Below are positions 28,325 through 39,259 of a stretch of 64,000 nt of DNA, piece after piece. The position numbers and the translations under genes are program-made. The notes beneath the pieces were generated by a model. It worked only from the letters and a program-made list of their open reading frames with translations. It made no database searches and was not told the DNA's origin. The stretch is taken from contig CAKPDF010000004.1 in the NCBI GenBank assembly GCA_934148535.1, positions 32,169 to 96,168 on the forward strand, read 5' to 3'. How positions within the stretch are numbered: position 1 is the stretch's first letter; each line of letters starts with the position of its first letter. The DNA comes from an uncultured Bacilli bacterium (GTDB lineage: Bacteria; Bacillota_I; Bacilli_A; RF39; UBA660).

Positions 28325-31113
28325 TTATTGAATAGTGACTGTTCTCTCTATTTTATATGCTTTGCCTTCATAAGTTGCTATATAAGTAATAGTATGAGTT
28401 CCAGATTCAGAAATTTCATTGATTTTTCTAGTAATGTCACTAATAGAACTAACAATGTTGTCATCTACCTTATATGAAAATGTACATTCACTAGTAATAT
28501 CTTTACCATCTTTAGAAACTTTAACACCACTATCATTATAATTACCTTTTTGAATAGTTAAAGCACTATTACCATTAAGTCTAATAGAAACATCAGTAGT
28601 ACTAGAACCGTTATTACCACCATTAGAACCACCACTAGCAACAACTTTAGTAGATACACCATCACTAGCATTAGCAGTAAAGTTTTTATATTGTGCCTTT
28701 ACAATAACAGTAAGATTACCACCACTACTAGGCTTAAATGTATAAGAATTAGTATTAGTAAATCCAACTTGTGTAGTATTTCCAGAACTATCTTTTACAT
28801 AAATTCCATAGCCAAATCCACCTAAAGTATTTTGATTATAACTAAGTCGTTCAGATAAGAAATTCGAAGTACCATTACCAAATACTTTCTGACTAAAGTA
28901 TTCTTTCAAATAATCTTCCTTAACAACATCAGGCTTATTCTCAGTCCAAGTAACAGTAACACTATTACCACTTGTTGTAACCTTTAATCCAGTAACATCA
29001 CCTAATTTTGAAAATCTACTAGAAACCTCAGTAGGTTGAGCTCCCTTTATAAAATACTCAGTACGAATTAAATCAGAAGGAGTATAATCACTAGGAAGTT
29101 GAGCAGGCCAAGTACCAAATTCCACTTGAGAAGCAACAACAGAACTAGGAGCCTTAAATTCATCTTTACAAACTGGAATATACTTCATAATAGCTCTCAT
29201 CAATTGATCCTTTGGTGTACCAACAGTACTATAATGTTCACTAGATATCTCGTCATATCCATACCATAAAGCAAATGAATACTCAGGAGTATAACCAACA
29301 GACCATAAATCATTAACAGCACTACCAGGTAATCCATATTTTTGTAAAACTGTATCAGGATAATTTGAAGTACCAGTTTTAACAGCAACAGTGCCAGCAT
29401 ATCCATTAGTACCACCACTAAATCCATTAGTAGCAGCATAATGTAAAACATTAGTCATTAAATATGCAGTAGAGTCTTTCATAACTTGTTTTCTCTCAGA
29501 AGTCATATCTTTTTCCTCTCCAGTCTCACGATAAACAATCTTAGAAACTGTATAAGGTTCAGCATAATAACCACCATTAGCAAATGCAGCATAAGCACCA
29601 GCCATCTGTAAAGTAGTAACACCCTTATCAAGACCACCTATAGCATAAGACTCATAAGCAGTATCTTTTAAATTAATTCCAAGACTTTGAACGAATTTAA
29701 CAACATTTTTTGCACCAACCTGTTGAAAAGCCTTAACGGCAGGAACATTTCTAGAAACAGCGACAGCCTGTTTTAATGTTATAAGCCCTTGATAGCCACC
29801 ATCCCAGTTATTAACATTAATACCACCAGTATAACTCCAAGCCTCATCATTAAATAATTCATAAGTAGAAAAATTATTATATTCAAATCCAGGTCCATAT
29901 GCAAATATTGGTTTAGCCGTAGAACCAGGTTGTCTATAAGTTTGTGTAGCATAGTTTAATGTACGAGCACCCTTTCTATTTCTACCCCCACCAATAGCAG
30001 CTATAGCGCCTGTTTTAACATCAACAACAGTAACACCAGCTTGAACATAATCATCCTTCCAAGTATAATCATCAGTATTACCACTCATAATATTACTAAT
30101 ACCATCTTGAATACTAGTCTTCATATTAGTATATATTTTCATAGGTACATTGTAAGGACTCTCACCAGTCTTTTCTTCAACCTCATCAATTACAGTATCA
30201 ATATAACTTTGATACTTAGAATCACTATTAGATTCTCCAACTAACAAACTCTCTATACTAATACTATTAGCAATATCAGCTTCTTCCTGAGTTATATATC
30301 CATGTCTAACCATAAGTTTTAACACAGTACTTCTTCTCTTAGTAGCACCTTCAGGATTTCTATAAGGATTGTAACCATTAGGAGCTTGGAAAAGTCCTGC
30401 AATCATAGAAGCTTCTGCCAAATTCAAATCAGAAACTGACTTTCCAAAGTAATACTTACTAGCTTCCTCAACACCATAACAGCCGCCACCCAAAGCACTA
30501 TCGTTAACATAATATTCTATAATTTCCTCTTTAGTATATTTTTTTTCCATAAAGAACACTGCCAAGTATACATCTCTAAACTTACGAATAATACCCTGAA
30601 TACCAGATCTCTCAGTAGAAGTTAAATTATTTTTAACAACTTGCATAGTCAAAGTAGAAGCACCACCAGCACTACTATTACCTAGTACCTGTAAGAAAGC
30701 AGCTTTAGTAAATCTAGCAACATCAACACCATTGTGTTGGAAGAACCTAGAATCCTCAGTTGCAATTAATGCATCTACGAAAACATCAGGAAGTTTATCA
30801 TAAGTAACTGACTCACGATTTTCCATACCCAAAGTAGCATACTCATTCCCATCAGAATCATAAATTATAGACCTATCTTTATTAGCAAGAGCATTAGGAT
30901 CAAATTCACCAGTAGTAACAACTATATAAAGAAAGAAACTAAATACTGCTAAAATACAAGCAATAAAACCAATAATACATACAGTAAGTAATATCTTCCA
31001 CCATTTTCTTCTTTCTTTTTTACCCTTAGATTTTTTCTTACCCTTAACTACGACATCTTTTTCTTTAGGAACTTGCGTTTTCTTTTTTTTCTTTTTACCT
31101 TTAATTTTCATTA
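28325..31113 (-). CDS. ponA: Class A penicillin-binding protein (transglycosylase + transpeptidase) with a long Ser/Thr/Gly-rich beta-type C-terminal extension
   Basis: GT51 motif EDSRFFQHNGVD, transpeptidase SxxK (QPGSTAKP). N-terminal Lys-rich cytoplasmic tail plus a TM helix. Start at 31113 overlaps the recU stop. Confidence 0.85.
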
Positions 31114-31616
31114 TCACCAACGTCCTTATCTTTAATATAATTATCAATTATGCCAATGTAATCAAGCCTAGGATTATATTTTAATCCCACTTCAAAACCA
31201 ACACTCTCAAAATAGTCCAAAGGAATAGATTTTCTTATATTATTATCCACAAATTCCATTAAATCTTCACCCATTAATACGAAATTACGACTTAACTTAG
31301 AAAATCTAACAACTAAAAAAGCAATTCCACCATAATAAATAACATTTCTAATATGCTTCATCTGATGAACATGAATATTAGAAAGAGGAAAACTAGTCTT
31401 AGAAGCAGTTTCCTTAGCATCAAATTCAATGTATTTTCCCTTATAAATTCCATTGTAATCCAAAGTAGAAGGTTCATCAAAGTATGCCTCTTCAATCTTG
31501 TTCTGTGGATATTTAACCTTTACAACCTTTATCGGAGTAGGCTTCTTATATATCAAAGCAATATTATGATTTCTATAATAAATATTAGTTTGATTTATAT
31601 CATCCTCTAAAATCAT
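31101..31616 (-). CDS. recU: Holliday junction resolvase RecU
   Basis: RecU-family size and motifs. Conserved recU-ponA adjacency with overlapping stop/start, as in Bacillus. Confidence 0.75.
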   Translation of the reverse strand: MILEDDINQTNIYYRNHNIALIYKKPTPIKVVKVKYPQNKIEEAYFDEPSTLDYNGIYKGKYIEFDAKETASKTSFPLSNIHVHQMKHIRNVIYYGGIAFLVVRFSKLSRNFVLMGEDLMEFVDNNIRKSIPLDYFESVGFEVGLKYNPRLDYIGIIDNYIKDKDVGDNEN

Positions 31617-31809
31617 TCCCCTATTAGCATAACTAAAATCTTTAAAACTAATATTTACCCCATAACATCACCTACAACCTAATTATACTATAAAAACTAT
31701 GTATTTACTAGAAATTTAACAAATTTATTTGACATAAATAATAAGAAAATGTAAAGTGTAAAGTAGAGCGTAAACTACTAATAAAACCAATATAATTACA
31801 TAATATATA

Positions 31810-32511
31810 ATGATTAATATGAAAAAAATAATTAACTTAACAACATATTTATTTATAATAATTGTAATTGCTTTTATAGCGGCATATTTTCTTGCCAAAA
31901 ACTATAGTAATAAAATATCAAAAGCTCTATATTCATATTCAGAATCTGAATCAAAAAAAATAATTACCGAGATTATAAATTTATCTCTAACAGAAGAATT
32001 AGAAAATGATGATTATAATACTACACTATATAATATAGTAAAAAACGATAAAGATGAAATACAATTAATAGATTTTAATACTACAAAAGTAAACAAAATA
32101 CTATCAAATCTCACTAATAATATAGAAAATAAAATTAAAAATATGGAAAGTAGTCAAATATTAGAAGAAGATGAAATAATGAGTGTCCATAATGGACTTA
32201 TCTTTAATATGCCTATAGGAGCAGTTACAGGAAATGTATTTTTATCTAATATAGGTACTAAAATTCCAGTAAAAATCTCACTAATGGGCAGTGTAATAAG
32301 TAAAATGGATACTAGTATAACAGAATATGGATTAAATAATGCTTTAATAAAAATAGGAATACTAGTAACAGTAAACACTAAAACTACAGCCCCCTTTACC
32401 TCAAAAGAGTTTACAGTAACTAATACTATACCTATCTCAATAAAAGTAATCCAAGGAAGTGTACCAGAATATTATTTAAACAGTTTAAATGATAATAAAA
32501 ATAATAATTAG
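31810..32511 (+). CDS. YunB-like sporulation protein (signal-anchored)
   Basis: N-terminal TM helix. C-terminal region NMPIGAVTGNVFLSNIGTKIPVKI resembles the YunB family core. Confidence 0.45.
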   Translation: MINMKKIINLTTYLFIIIVIAFIAAYFLAKNYSNKISKALYSYSESESKKIITEIINLSLTEELENDDYNTTLYNIVKNDKDEIQLIDFNTTKVNKILSNLTNNIENKIKNMESSQILEEDEIMSVHNGLIFNMPIGAVTGNVFLSNIGTKIPVKISLMGSVISKMDTSITEYGLNNALIKIGILVTVNTKTTAPFTSKEFTVTNTIPISIKVIQGSVPEYYLNSLNDNKNNN

Positions 32512-32680
32512 ATAGTTACAATACATAAATATTTTTCCTTAAATACCACTATTTATCTTTTTTTTAACAATCTTTAATTGACTATCATACCCTAAATCAA
32601 AATAAATTAACTAATAATTTAACCTTAGCACCTTATCTATCTTATATGCTATAATTAATATGCAAAGGTGGTTATATAAA

Positions 32681-35600
32681 ATGGATATACAATTAGAAAA
32701 ATTATTAAAAAGAATTAACTTGGAAAATATATATTTAGATAATTTTAATAATGCCAAAATAGAAAAAGTAGTTATAGATAAACATACCAATTATTTTACC
32801 TTTTTCCTAAAATTAGATAACATTTTACCATATAAAGTATATTCATCTCTAGAAGAAAAATTAACAAGTGCTGTACACGATAAAATAAAAATAGAAATTA
32901 AATCAGACACAACAGATTACAGTAAAATAAATGAATATTGGTACCCATTAATAGAGAAAATTTCTCTCGGTAGTACTAGATATAATAGCCTTAAAGATAG
33001 AAAATTAGAAACAAATAATGTTGAAGTAATATTAACAGTATATAATAAAATAGAAGAACTTAATATGGAAAATATTGAACAAAAATTAATAAAAAGATTT
33101 AAACAATATGGTTTTAATAATATAGATTTTAAAATAAATTTAACAAAAGTAGAAGATAACGAATTACTAAAAAAAATAGAAGAAGAAAAAAATGTACCAA
33201 CTAATTTAACATATACTAAAAAAGTGGAGCCAAAAGAAATAGTACAAGAAGAAAAGAAGCCTTACTTCAAACCAAAAAAGTCAAGTGAAATAACCAAGAT
33301 AAAAGATGTAATCTATGAAGTAGAAAATATAAATATAGAAGCTAAAATATTTAATATAGATATATATGAAGCAAAAAGTGGATATAAAATAATAACTTTA
33401 AAAGTAACAGATGGAACAGATAGTATGTATGCAAAATTATTCACTAAAGATGATGACGAATTTGTAAGAATTAAAGATTTATTAAAAAATGGTTCTTGGT
33501 ATCAATTTTATGGAAAAGTAAGCATGGATAAATACGCTAACGAATTAGTATTCATGACTAGATATAAAGATATAACCAAAGTAGAAGGCGTATCTGATAC
33601 AGAAAGAATGGATAATGCTGAATATAAAAGAGTAGAATTACACGCCCATACAATGATGAGCCAGATGGATGGAGTAATAGATGAAGTAAAACTAGTAAAA
33701 ACAGCAATGAAGTGGGGACATAGTGCTATAGCAATAACAGATCACGATGGCTGTCAAGCATTTCCTCACGTCTTCAACGAAGTAACAAGTTATAACAAAA
33801 AATTAGAAGCCCCATATAAAGATAAAATAAAAGAATTAGAAGCCAAATTAGAAGAAAATAAAGAAAATGCAGAATTATCAGAGACATTAACAAAAGAATT
33901 AGAAGAAACAAAAGAAAACTTAAAAAATTCAAAAAGATTTAAAGCTTTATACGGAACAGAATTAGAAATGAGCGATGATAATTTAGATGTAGTAGTAAAC
34001 CCAACAGAAGATGACCTTCAAAGTGCTACATATGTAATATTTGATACCGAAACAACAGGATTTAACCCAGGATTAAACGACCAAATGATAGAAATAGGTG
34101 CCGTAAAAATGAAAAATGGTGCAGTACTAGAAAATTTTGATGAATTAATTAATCCCGGAGTATTAATTGATAGCGAAATAACAAATCTAACAGGAATTAC
34201 CAATGCGATGGTAAAAAATTGTCCTAACGAAGAAGAAGTAACAAAAAAATTCAAAGAATGGATTGGAGATTTACCATTAGTAGCACACAATGCAAAATTT
34301 GATAAAAATATGTTAGAAATGGCATATCATAAATATAACCTAGGCCCATTAAAAAATACTATACTAGACACATTGCAAATATCAAGATTAATAAATAAAG
34401 ACTTAAAAAGACATAACTTAACAGCCCTAACTAAAAACTATGGTATAACATTTGAAGAAAATGATGGAACAGATACCACTAAACATCATCATAGAGCAGA
34501 CTATGATGCCGAATTTACTGGATATGTATTTTTCAAAATGTTAGCTCAATTAGATAAAACAGATATAAAAACATTTAAAGATTTAGCTAACTTACCAACT
34601 GAATTAGAAACAAACATGTATAATAGAGAAGTACACATAAATATGATAGCAAGAAATAGAAATGGTCTAAAAAATATGTTTAAAATAATTAGTTATGCAA
34701 GTACAAAATATTTAGTAAAATCAGCAAGAATTCCTAAACATATAGTAAGAAGTCTAAAAGAAGATATCTTATTAGGTAGTGGTTGCTATAACGGTGAAAT
34801 CTTTCAAACAGCCCTAACAAGATGTGATGATGATTTAAAAAAAGTAATGGAGTTTTATGACTATATAGAAGTACAACCACCATCAAATTATGAATTTTTA
34901 GTAGCAAGACATGATATAAATAGTAAAGAAGAAATATTGTTTGCTCTTAACAAAATAATAAGATGTGCCAAAGAAATGAATAAAATAATAGTAGCAACAT
35001 CAGATGCCCATACCTTAAACAAAGAAGATAAAATATATAGAGAAATAATAGTAAATCAAAATGTTCCCGGAAAAGGAAGACATCCACTATCAAGATATCT
35101 TAACCTAGAAGGTTATATGACAATACCAGATCAATATCTAAGAACAACAGATGAAATGTTAGAAGAATTTAATTTTTTGCCAGATGACTTAGCAAAAGAA
35201 ATAGTAATAACAAATACTAATAAAATTCCAGAACTATGTGAAATAATAGAAGTAATTATAGACACAGGTGGAAGACCATTTGCACCTAAAATAGAAAACT
35301 CAGAACAGACAGTAAAAGATTTAGTATATGGAAAAGCAAAAAGTTGGTATGGTGATCCATTACCCCAAAATATTGAAGAAAGAATAGAACAAGAACTAAA
35401 AGGAATATTAGGAGGACACTTTGATGTAATATATCTAATAGCCCAAAAACTAGTAAAACACTCAAACGATGAAGGATTTATAGTAGGATCACGTGGTAGT
35501 GTAGGTTCATCATTTGTAGCAACTATGATGGGGATAACAGAAGTAAATCCTCTACCAGCACATTATAGATGCCCTAATTGTAAATATAGTATATTTGAAA

Positions 35601-37189
35601 GTGATGAAGGAAATTCTCTAGGAGCAACATATTCTTCTGGTTTCGATTTACCAGATAAGATGTGCCCTAAATGCGGTACCAGAATGACAAAAGATGGACA
35701 AGATATGCCATTTGCTACCTTCTTAGGATTCAATGCCGATAAAGTACCAGATATAGATTTAAACTTCTCAGATTTAAACCAAGCCTCAGCCCATAACTAT
35801 ACAAAAGTATTGTTTGGAGAAGACAACGTATATAGAGCAGGAACAATTGGAACTGTAGCAGAAAAAACAGCATTTGGATATGTAAAAGGATTTTGTGAAG
35901 ATAGAAATATAACTATGCGTAGTGCTGAGATAGAAAGAATAGCAGAAGGCTGTACCGGAGTAAAAAGAACAACTGGACAACATCCTGGAGGAATAGTTGT
36001 AATACCAGGATATATGGACGTATTTGATTTTACACCATTCCAATATCCAGCAGACGATCCAACATCTGCTTGGAGAACAACCCACTTTGATTACCACGCT
36101 ATAGATCAAGATGTATTAAAACTAGATATTTTAGGTCACACAGATCCAACACAACTAAGAATGATTCAAGAATTAACAGGTGATGATATAACTCAAGTAC
36201 CACTAGATGACAAAGAAACAATGGCAATATTCTTATCCCCTGAACCACTTGGGGTAACTAAAGAACAAATAATGAATGAAACAGGTACTTTAGGAATTCC
36301 TGAATTTGGAACTCCATTTACAATAAGTATGTTAGTAGATACAAAACCAAAAACATTTGCCGAATTAATAAAAATATCAGGATTATCACACGGAACAGAT
36401 GTATGGTTAGGAAATGCTCAAGAATTAATAAGAAGTAAAACTGTAGAGTTTAAAGATGTAATAGGCTGTCGTGATGATATAATGGTATACTTAATGTATA
36501 ATGGACTAGAGCCATTAAAAGCCTTCAAAATAATGGAATTCGTTCGTAAAGGAAAAGCAACAAAAGATCCAGAAACTTGGAAAAAACATGTAGAAACAAT
36601 GAAACAAGCAGGAATAGAAGATTGGTTTATTGAATCTTGTCATAAAATAAAATACATGTTCCCTAAAGCCCATGCCGCAGCATATGTAATAAGTGCCTTT
36701 CGTATAGCATACTATAAAGTGCATTTTCCAGCAATTTATTATTGCACATACTTCTCAACTAGATTTGATGACTTTGACATAAATGTAATGATAAAAGGGT
36801 ATAATTCAATAAAAAATAAAATAATAGAAATAAATAATAAAGGCTATGACGCTACTAATAAAGAATCAAGCGTATTAGAAACATTAAAACTAGCATTAGA
36901 AGCAACAGCAAGAGGAATAACATTTGGTAATTTAGATTTAATGAAAAGTGATGCTAAAAACTTTATTATAGATGAAGATGGAACCACCCTAATACCACCA
37001 TTCAGAAGCATAGATGGACTAGGTGGAGTAGTCGCAGATAATATTTGCCAAGAAGCTAAAAAGAAACCATTTATATCTATAGAAGAATTCCAAAAAAGAT
37101 GTAAAGTATCAACAACACTTGTTGATAAAATGAAAGCCATGAACTTATTTGGTGACCTACCAGAAACAAGTCAATTAAGCTTATTTTAA
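32681..37189 (+). CDS. polC: DNA polymerase III alpha subunit, PolC type (Gram-positive replicative polymerase with intrinsic 3'-5' exonuclease)
   Basis: OB domain, PHP domain, DEDDh exonuclease (VIFDTETTGFNP...), Zn finger CPNCKY...CPKCG, polymerase core. 1.5-kb-class size. RBS AAGGTGG before the ATG at 32681. Confidence 0.95.
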   Translation: MDIQLEKLLKRINLENIYLDNFNNAKIEKVVIDKHTNYFTFFLKLDNILPYKVYSSLEEKLTSAVHDKIKIEIKSDTTDYSKINEYWYPLIEKISLGSTRYNSLKDRKLETNNVEVILTVYNKIEELNMENIEQKLIKRFKQYGFNNIDFKINLTKVEDNELLKKIEEEKNVPTNLTYTKKVEPKEIVQEEKKPYFKPKKSSEITKIKDVIYEVENINIEAKIFNIDIYEAKSGYKIITLKVTDGTDSMYAKLFTKDDDEFVRIKDLLKNGSWYQFYGKVSMDKYANELVFMTRYKDITKVEGVSDTERMDNAEYKRVELHAHTMMSQMDGVIDEVKLVKTAMKWGHSAIAITDHDGCQAFPHVFNEVTSYNKKLEAPYKDKIKELEAKLEENKENAELSETLTKELEETKENLKNSKRFKALYGTELEMSDDNLDVVVNPTEDDLQSATYVIFDTETTGFNPGLNDQMIEIGAVKMKNGAVLENFDELINPGVLIDSEITNLTGITNAMVKNCPNEEEVTKKFKEWIGDLPLVAHNAKFDKNMLEMAYHKYNLGPLKNTILDTLQISRLINKDLKRHNLTALTKNYGITFEENDGTDTTKHHHRADYDAEFTGYVFFKMLAQLDKTDIKTFKDLANLPTELETNMYNREVHINMIARNRNGLKNMFKIISYASTKYLVKSARIPKHIVRSLKEDILLGSGCYNGEIFQTALTRCDDDLKKVMEFYDYIEVQPPSNYEFLVARHDINSKEEILFALNKIIRCAKEMNKIIVATSDAHTLNKEDKIYREIIVNQNVPGKGRHPLSRYLNLEGYMTIPDQYLRTTDEMLEEFNFLPDDLAKEIVITNTNKIPELCEIIEVIIDTGGRPFAPKIENSEQTVKDLVYGKAKSWYGDPLPQNIEERIEQELKGILGGHFDVIYLIAQKLVKHSNDEGFIVGSRGSVGSSFVATMMGITEVNPLPAHYRCPNCKYSIFESDEGNSLGATYSSGFDLPDKMCPKCGTRMTKDGQDMPFATFLGFNADKVPDIDLNFSDLNQASAHNYTKVLFGEDNVYRAGTIGTVAEKTAFGYVKGFCEDRNITMRSAEIERIAEGCTGVKRTTGQHPGGIVVIPGYMDVFDFTPFQYPADDPTSAWRTTHFDYHAIDQDVLKLDILGHTDPTQLRMIQELTGDDITQVPLDDKETMAIFLSPEPLGVTKEQIMNETGTLGIPEFGTPFTISMLVDTKPKTFAELIKISGLSHGTDVWLGNAQELIRSKTVEFKDVIGCRDDIMVYLMYNGLEPLKAFKIMEFVRKGKATKDPETWKKHVETMKQAGIEDWFIESCHKIKYMFPKAHAAAYVISAFRIAYYKVHFPAIYYCTYFSTRFDDFDINVMIKGYNSIKNKIIEINNKGYDATNKESSVLETLKLALEATARGITFGNLDLMKSDAKNFIIDEDGTTLIPPFRSIDGLGGVVADNICQEAKKKPFISIEEFQKRCKVSTTLVDKMKAMNLFGDLPETSQLSLF

Positions 37190-37197
37190 TAATTATA

Positions 37198-37243
37198 AAA
37201 GTTACTTAAATATAATTTTGAGTAACTTTCTTTATCTTTTTTA
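37198..37243 (+). terminator. Rho-independent terminator of polC
   Basis: AAAGTTACT...AGTAACTTT 9-bp stem, then CTTTATCTTTTTT. Confidence 0.6.
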
Positions 37244-37326
37244 AGAAATTAAAAGGGTTTTTGCTTATTTGCGTAGAATAATAATATTAGAAGGGTAATA
37301 ATCCCTTTTAGAAAGTAGGAGTATTT

Positions 37327-38301
37327 ATGAAGCAAATAACAAAAGAATATTTAGAAAAATTAGACAAAGAAATAATAGAAGATGAAGAGTTAGAATTTAT
37401 TCCTCTAACCTTTGATTATGCTCTTAAGAGTATTGCTGCTAAAAATCAAAAGATATTTAGAAAGTTTATAATTCAAACAACACACTTAGAAAATATTACA
37501 GATAATGATAAAATGTCATTTTTAGATAAGGAATTAATTAAAAGTACTGCTAAAGAACAAGCAAGAGAAGTTGATTTTTATTTAAAGATAGGTAATGATA
37601 TATTAATTGATGTAGAAATGAATAGAAAAGGATATAAGTATGTTAAAGAAAGGAATGCTATTTATATTGCTAAATTAATAACATTAAAATTAGAGGTTAA
37701 TACTAGTTATCAAGAAATGAAAAAGAAAGAGTTTTATCAGGTAAACATAAATGGAAACGAAAGTAAAGATGATATATTACCAGAAAGAGAAATGGAATTA
37801 CGTTATTTAGATAATAATGAAGCATCATTTCCTAACTTTAGAATTCTATTAAAAAATCTTGATAGATACAGAAAACTTTGGTATAATAAATCCAGAAAGT
37901 TCAAGTATGATGAAGTATTTTTAGTGGCATTAACATCAAAAAGTTATGTAGAATTATATGAAATATTAAAAACTATTCTATCAGATGATGAACTAAATGA
38001 ATTTATATGGAGTGTGATTGGAATGAGAGAAGACAGATTTATATTACACGAATGGCAGAAAGAAAAATTTGATAAATTGATTGCAGAGAATATGAAAGAA
38101 GATGCAATAAAAGAAGGTCTAGAGCAAGGTTTAGAGCAAGGCCTAGAGCAAGGAATAGAAAAAGGAATAGAACAAGGTAAAGAAGAAAATAAAATAGAAA
38201 TGATTAAATCTATGTTAGAAAATGACATTGATATAGAAAAAATTTCAAAAATAAGTGGTAAATCGATAGAAGAAATAGAAAAAATAGCAAAATTTAACTA
38301 G
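37327..38301 (+). CDS. Rpn-family recombination-promoting nuclease / putative transposase (Transposase_31, PD-(D/E)XK)
   Basis: N-terminal PD-(D/E)XK-like region (DFYLKIGNDILIDVEMNRK). C-terminal EGLEQGLEQGLEQGIEKGIEQG repeats and the ...ISGKSIEEIEKI tail are typical of YhgA/Rpn-like proteins. Confidence 0.6.
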   Translation: MKQITKEYLEKLDKEIIEDEELEFIPLTFDYALKSIAAKNQKIFRKFIIQTTHLENITDNDKMSFLDKELIKSTAKEQAREVDFYLKIGNDILIDVEMNRKGYKYVKERNAIYIAKLITLKLEVNTSYQEMKKKEFYQVNINGNESKDDILPEREMELRYLDNNEASFPNFRILLKNLDRYRKLWYNKSRKFKYDEVFLVALTSKSYVELYEILKTILSDDELNEFIWSVIGMREDRFILHEWQKEKFDKLIAENMKEDAIKEGLEQGLEQGLEQGIEKGIEQGKEENKIEMIKSMLENDIDIEKISKISGKSIEEIEKIAKFN

Positions 38302-38352
38302 TATTTAATACTAAATTAAAATATTAATTAGATTACTAGTAATTCAACAAGG

Positions 38353-38382
38353 GATAGAAATAAACTTCTATCTTCTTTTTCT
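38353..38382 (+). terminator. Rho-independent terminator of the Rpn gene
   Basis: GATAGAA-ATAAAC-TTCTATC hairpin, then TTCTTTTT. Confidence 0.55.
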
Positions 38383-38505
38383 TATATTAAACAATAAAAA
38401 TAAACAAAAAACATTGATAATATTGTCAAAATATTATATACTTATTTATATAAAAGGCATTATAGTCTCTATATATAATATATAAATAAAAAGGAGTTGT
38501 CTCTT

Positions 38506-39258
38506 ATGAAAGAAACAAGAATTATGAAAGTATTTGAACAGTATATTAAAAAATTCAATATGAATAAAAATAATACTAAATGTGTATATTTTCATTGCAT
38601 AAAAGTAATGGATTTATGTAAAAACATTGCAAGTGTATTAGGAATATTCTCTAAAGAAGAAATAATAGTCTGTGAATTAATAGGCCTATTCCATGATATA
38701 TCTTTATTTGAAAATAAAGATAATGGATACACATTACTACCTAAAGAAGACACATCTAAAAGAAGTATAGAAATATTATTTGGTGAAGACGGACTAATGA
38801 GAAAAATAACAGAAGATACTACTTATGACGAAATAATAAAAATAGCAATATACTGCCAAAATAAAAATGGATTACCAAGTAAATTAAATGATAAAATGTT
38901 ACACTATTGCAAAGTATTAAAAGATGCTCACACCCTAGATACATTCAGAATAGTATTAAATTATCCATGCATAGATATGCATATAGATAACTATCCAAGC
39001 AATAATATATATGAAAATTTCAAACACTTTCAAGTAATGAGACCAACATATGAAGATAATGATGCCGATGCAATAATAATAGTATTATCACAAGTATTTG
39101 CAATAAATTATTTATACAGTTATTCATTATTAAATGAAGAACAATTTGTAAATAAAGTAACTGAATCACTAATATTTAAAGATAAAAATATAATGAAATT
39201 CTTTAAACAAATAAATATGGTACTAAATAATTATATAACAAGAAAGATAGGTGGATAA
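38506..39258 (+). CDS. HD-domain phosphohydrolase family protein
   Basis: H...HD motifs (FHCIKV..., ...[10 protein letters not shown]). RBS AAGGAG 9 nt upstream of the ATG at 38506. Stop is 1 nt before the valS start. Confidence 0.55.
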   Translation: MKETRIMKVFEQYIKKFNMNKNNTKCVYFHCIKVMDLCKNIASVLGIFSKEEIIVCELIGLFHDISLFENKDNGYTLLPKEDTSKRSIEILFGEDGLMRKITEDTTYDEIIKIAIYCQNKNGLPSKLNDKMLHYCKVLKDAHTLDTFRIVLNYPCIDMHIDNYPSNNIYENFKHFQVMRPTYEDNDADAIIIVLSQVFAINYLYSYSLLNEEQFVNKVTESLIFKDKNIMKFFKQINMVLNNYITRKIGG

Positions 39259-39259
39259 A

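Noticed and set aside
38100-38170. Short tandem nucleotide repeats (GGTCTAGAGCAAGGTTTAGAGCAAGGCCTAGAGCAAGG...) considered as a CRISPR or VNTR
   Set aside because: The repeats are in frame within the Rpn-like gene and encode the GLEQG protein repeats. There are no spacers and no cas genes.
37327-38301. Rpn/Transposase_31 gene as a bona fide insertion sequence
   Set aside because: No terminal inverted repeats or target-site duplication flank it. Reported as a CDS, not as a mobile element.
38302-38505. T-box riboswitch leader upstream of HD-valS (and similarly upstream of asnS at 26178-26249)
   Set aside because: The leaders are far too short (about 70-85 nt) and lack the T-box consensus AATTAGGGTGGNACCGCG.
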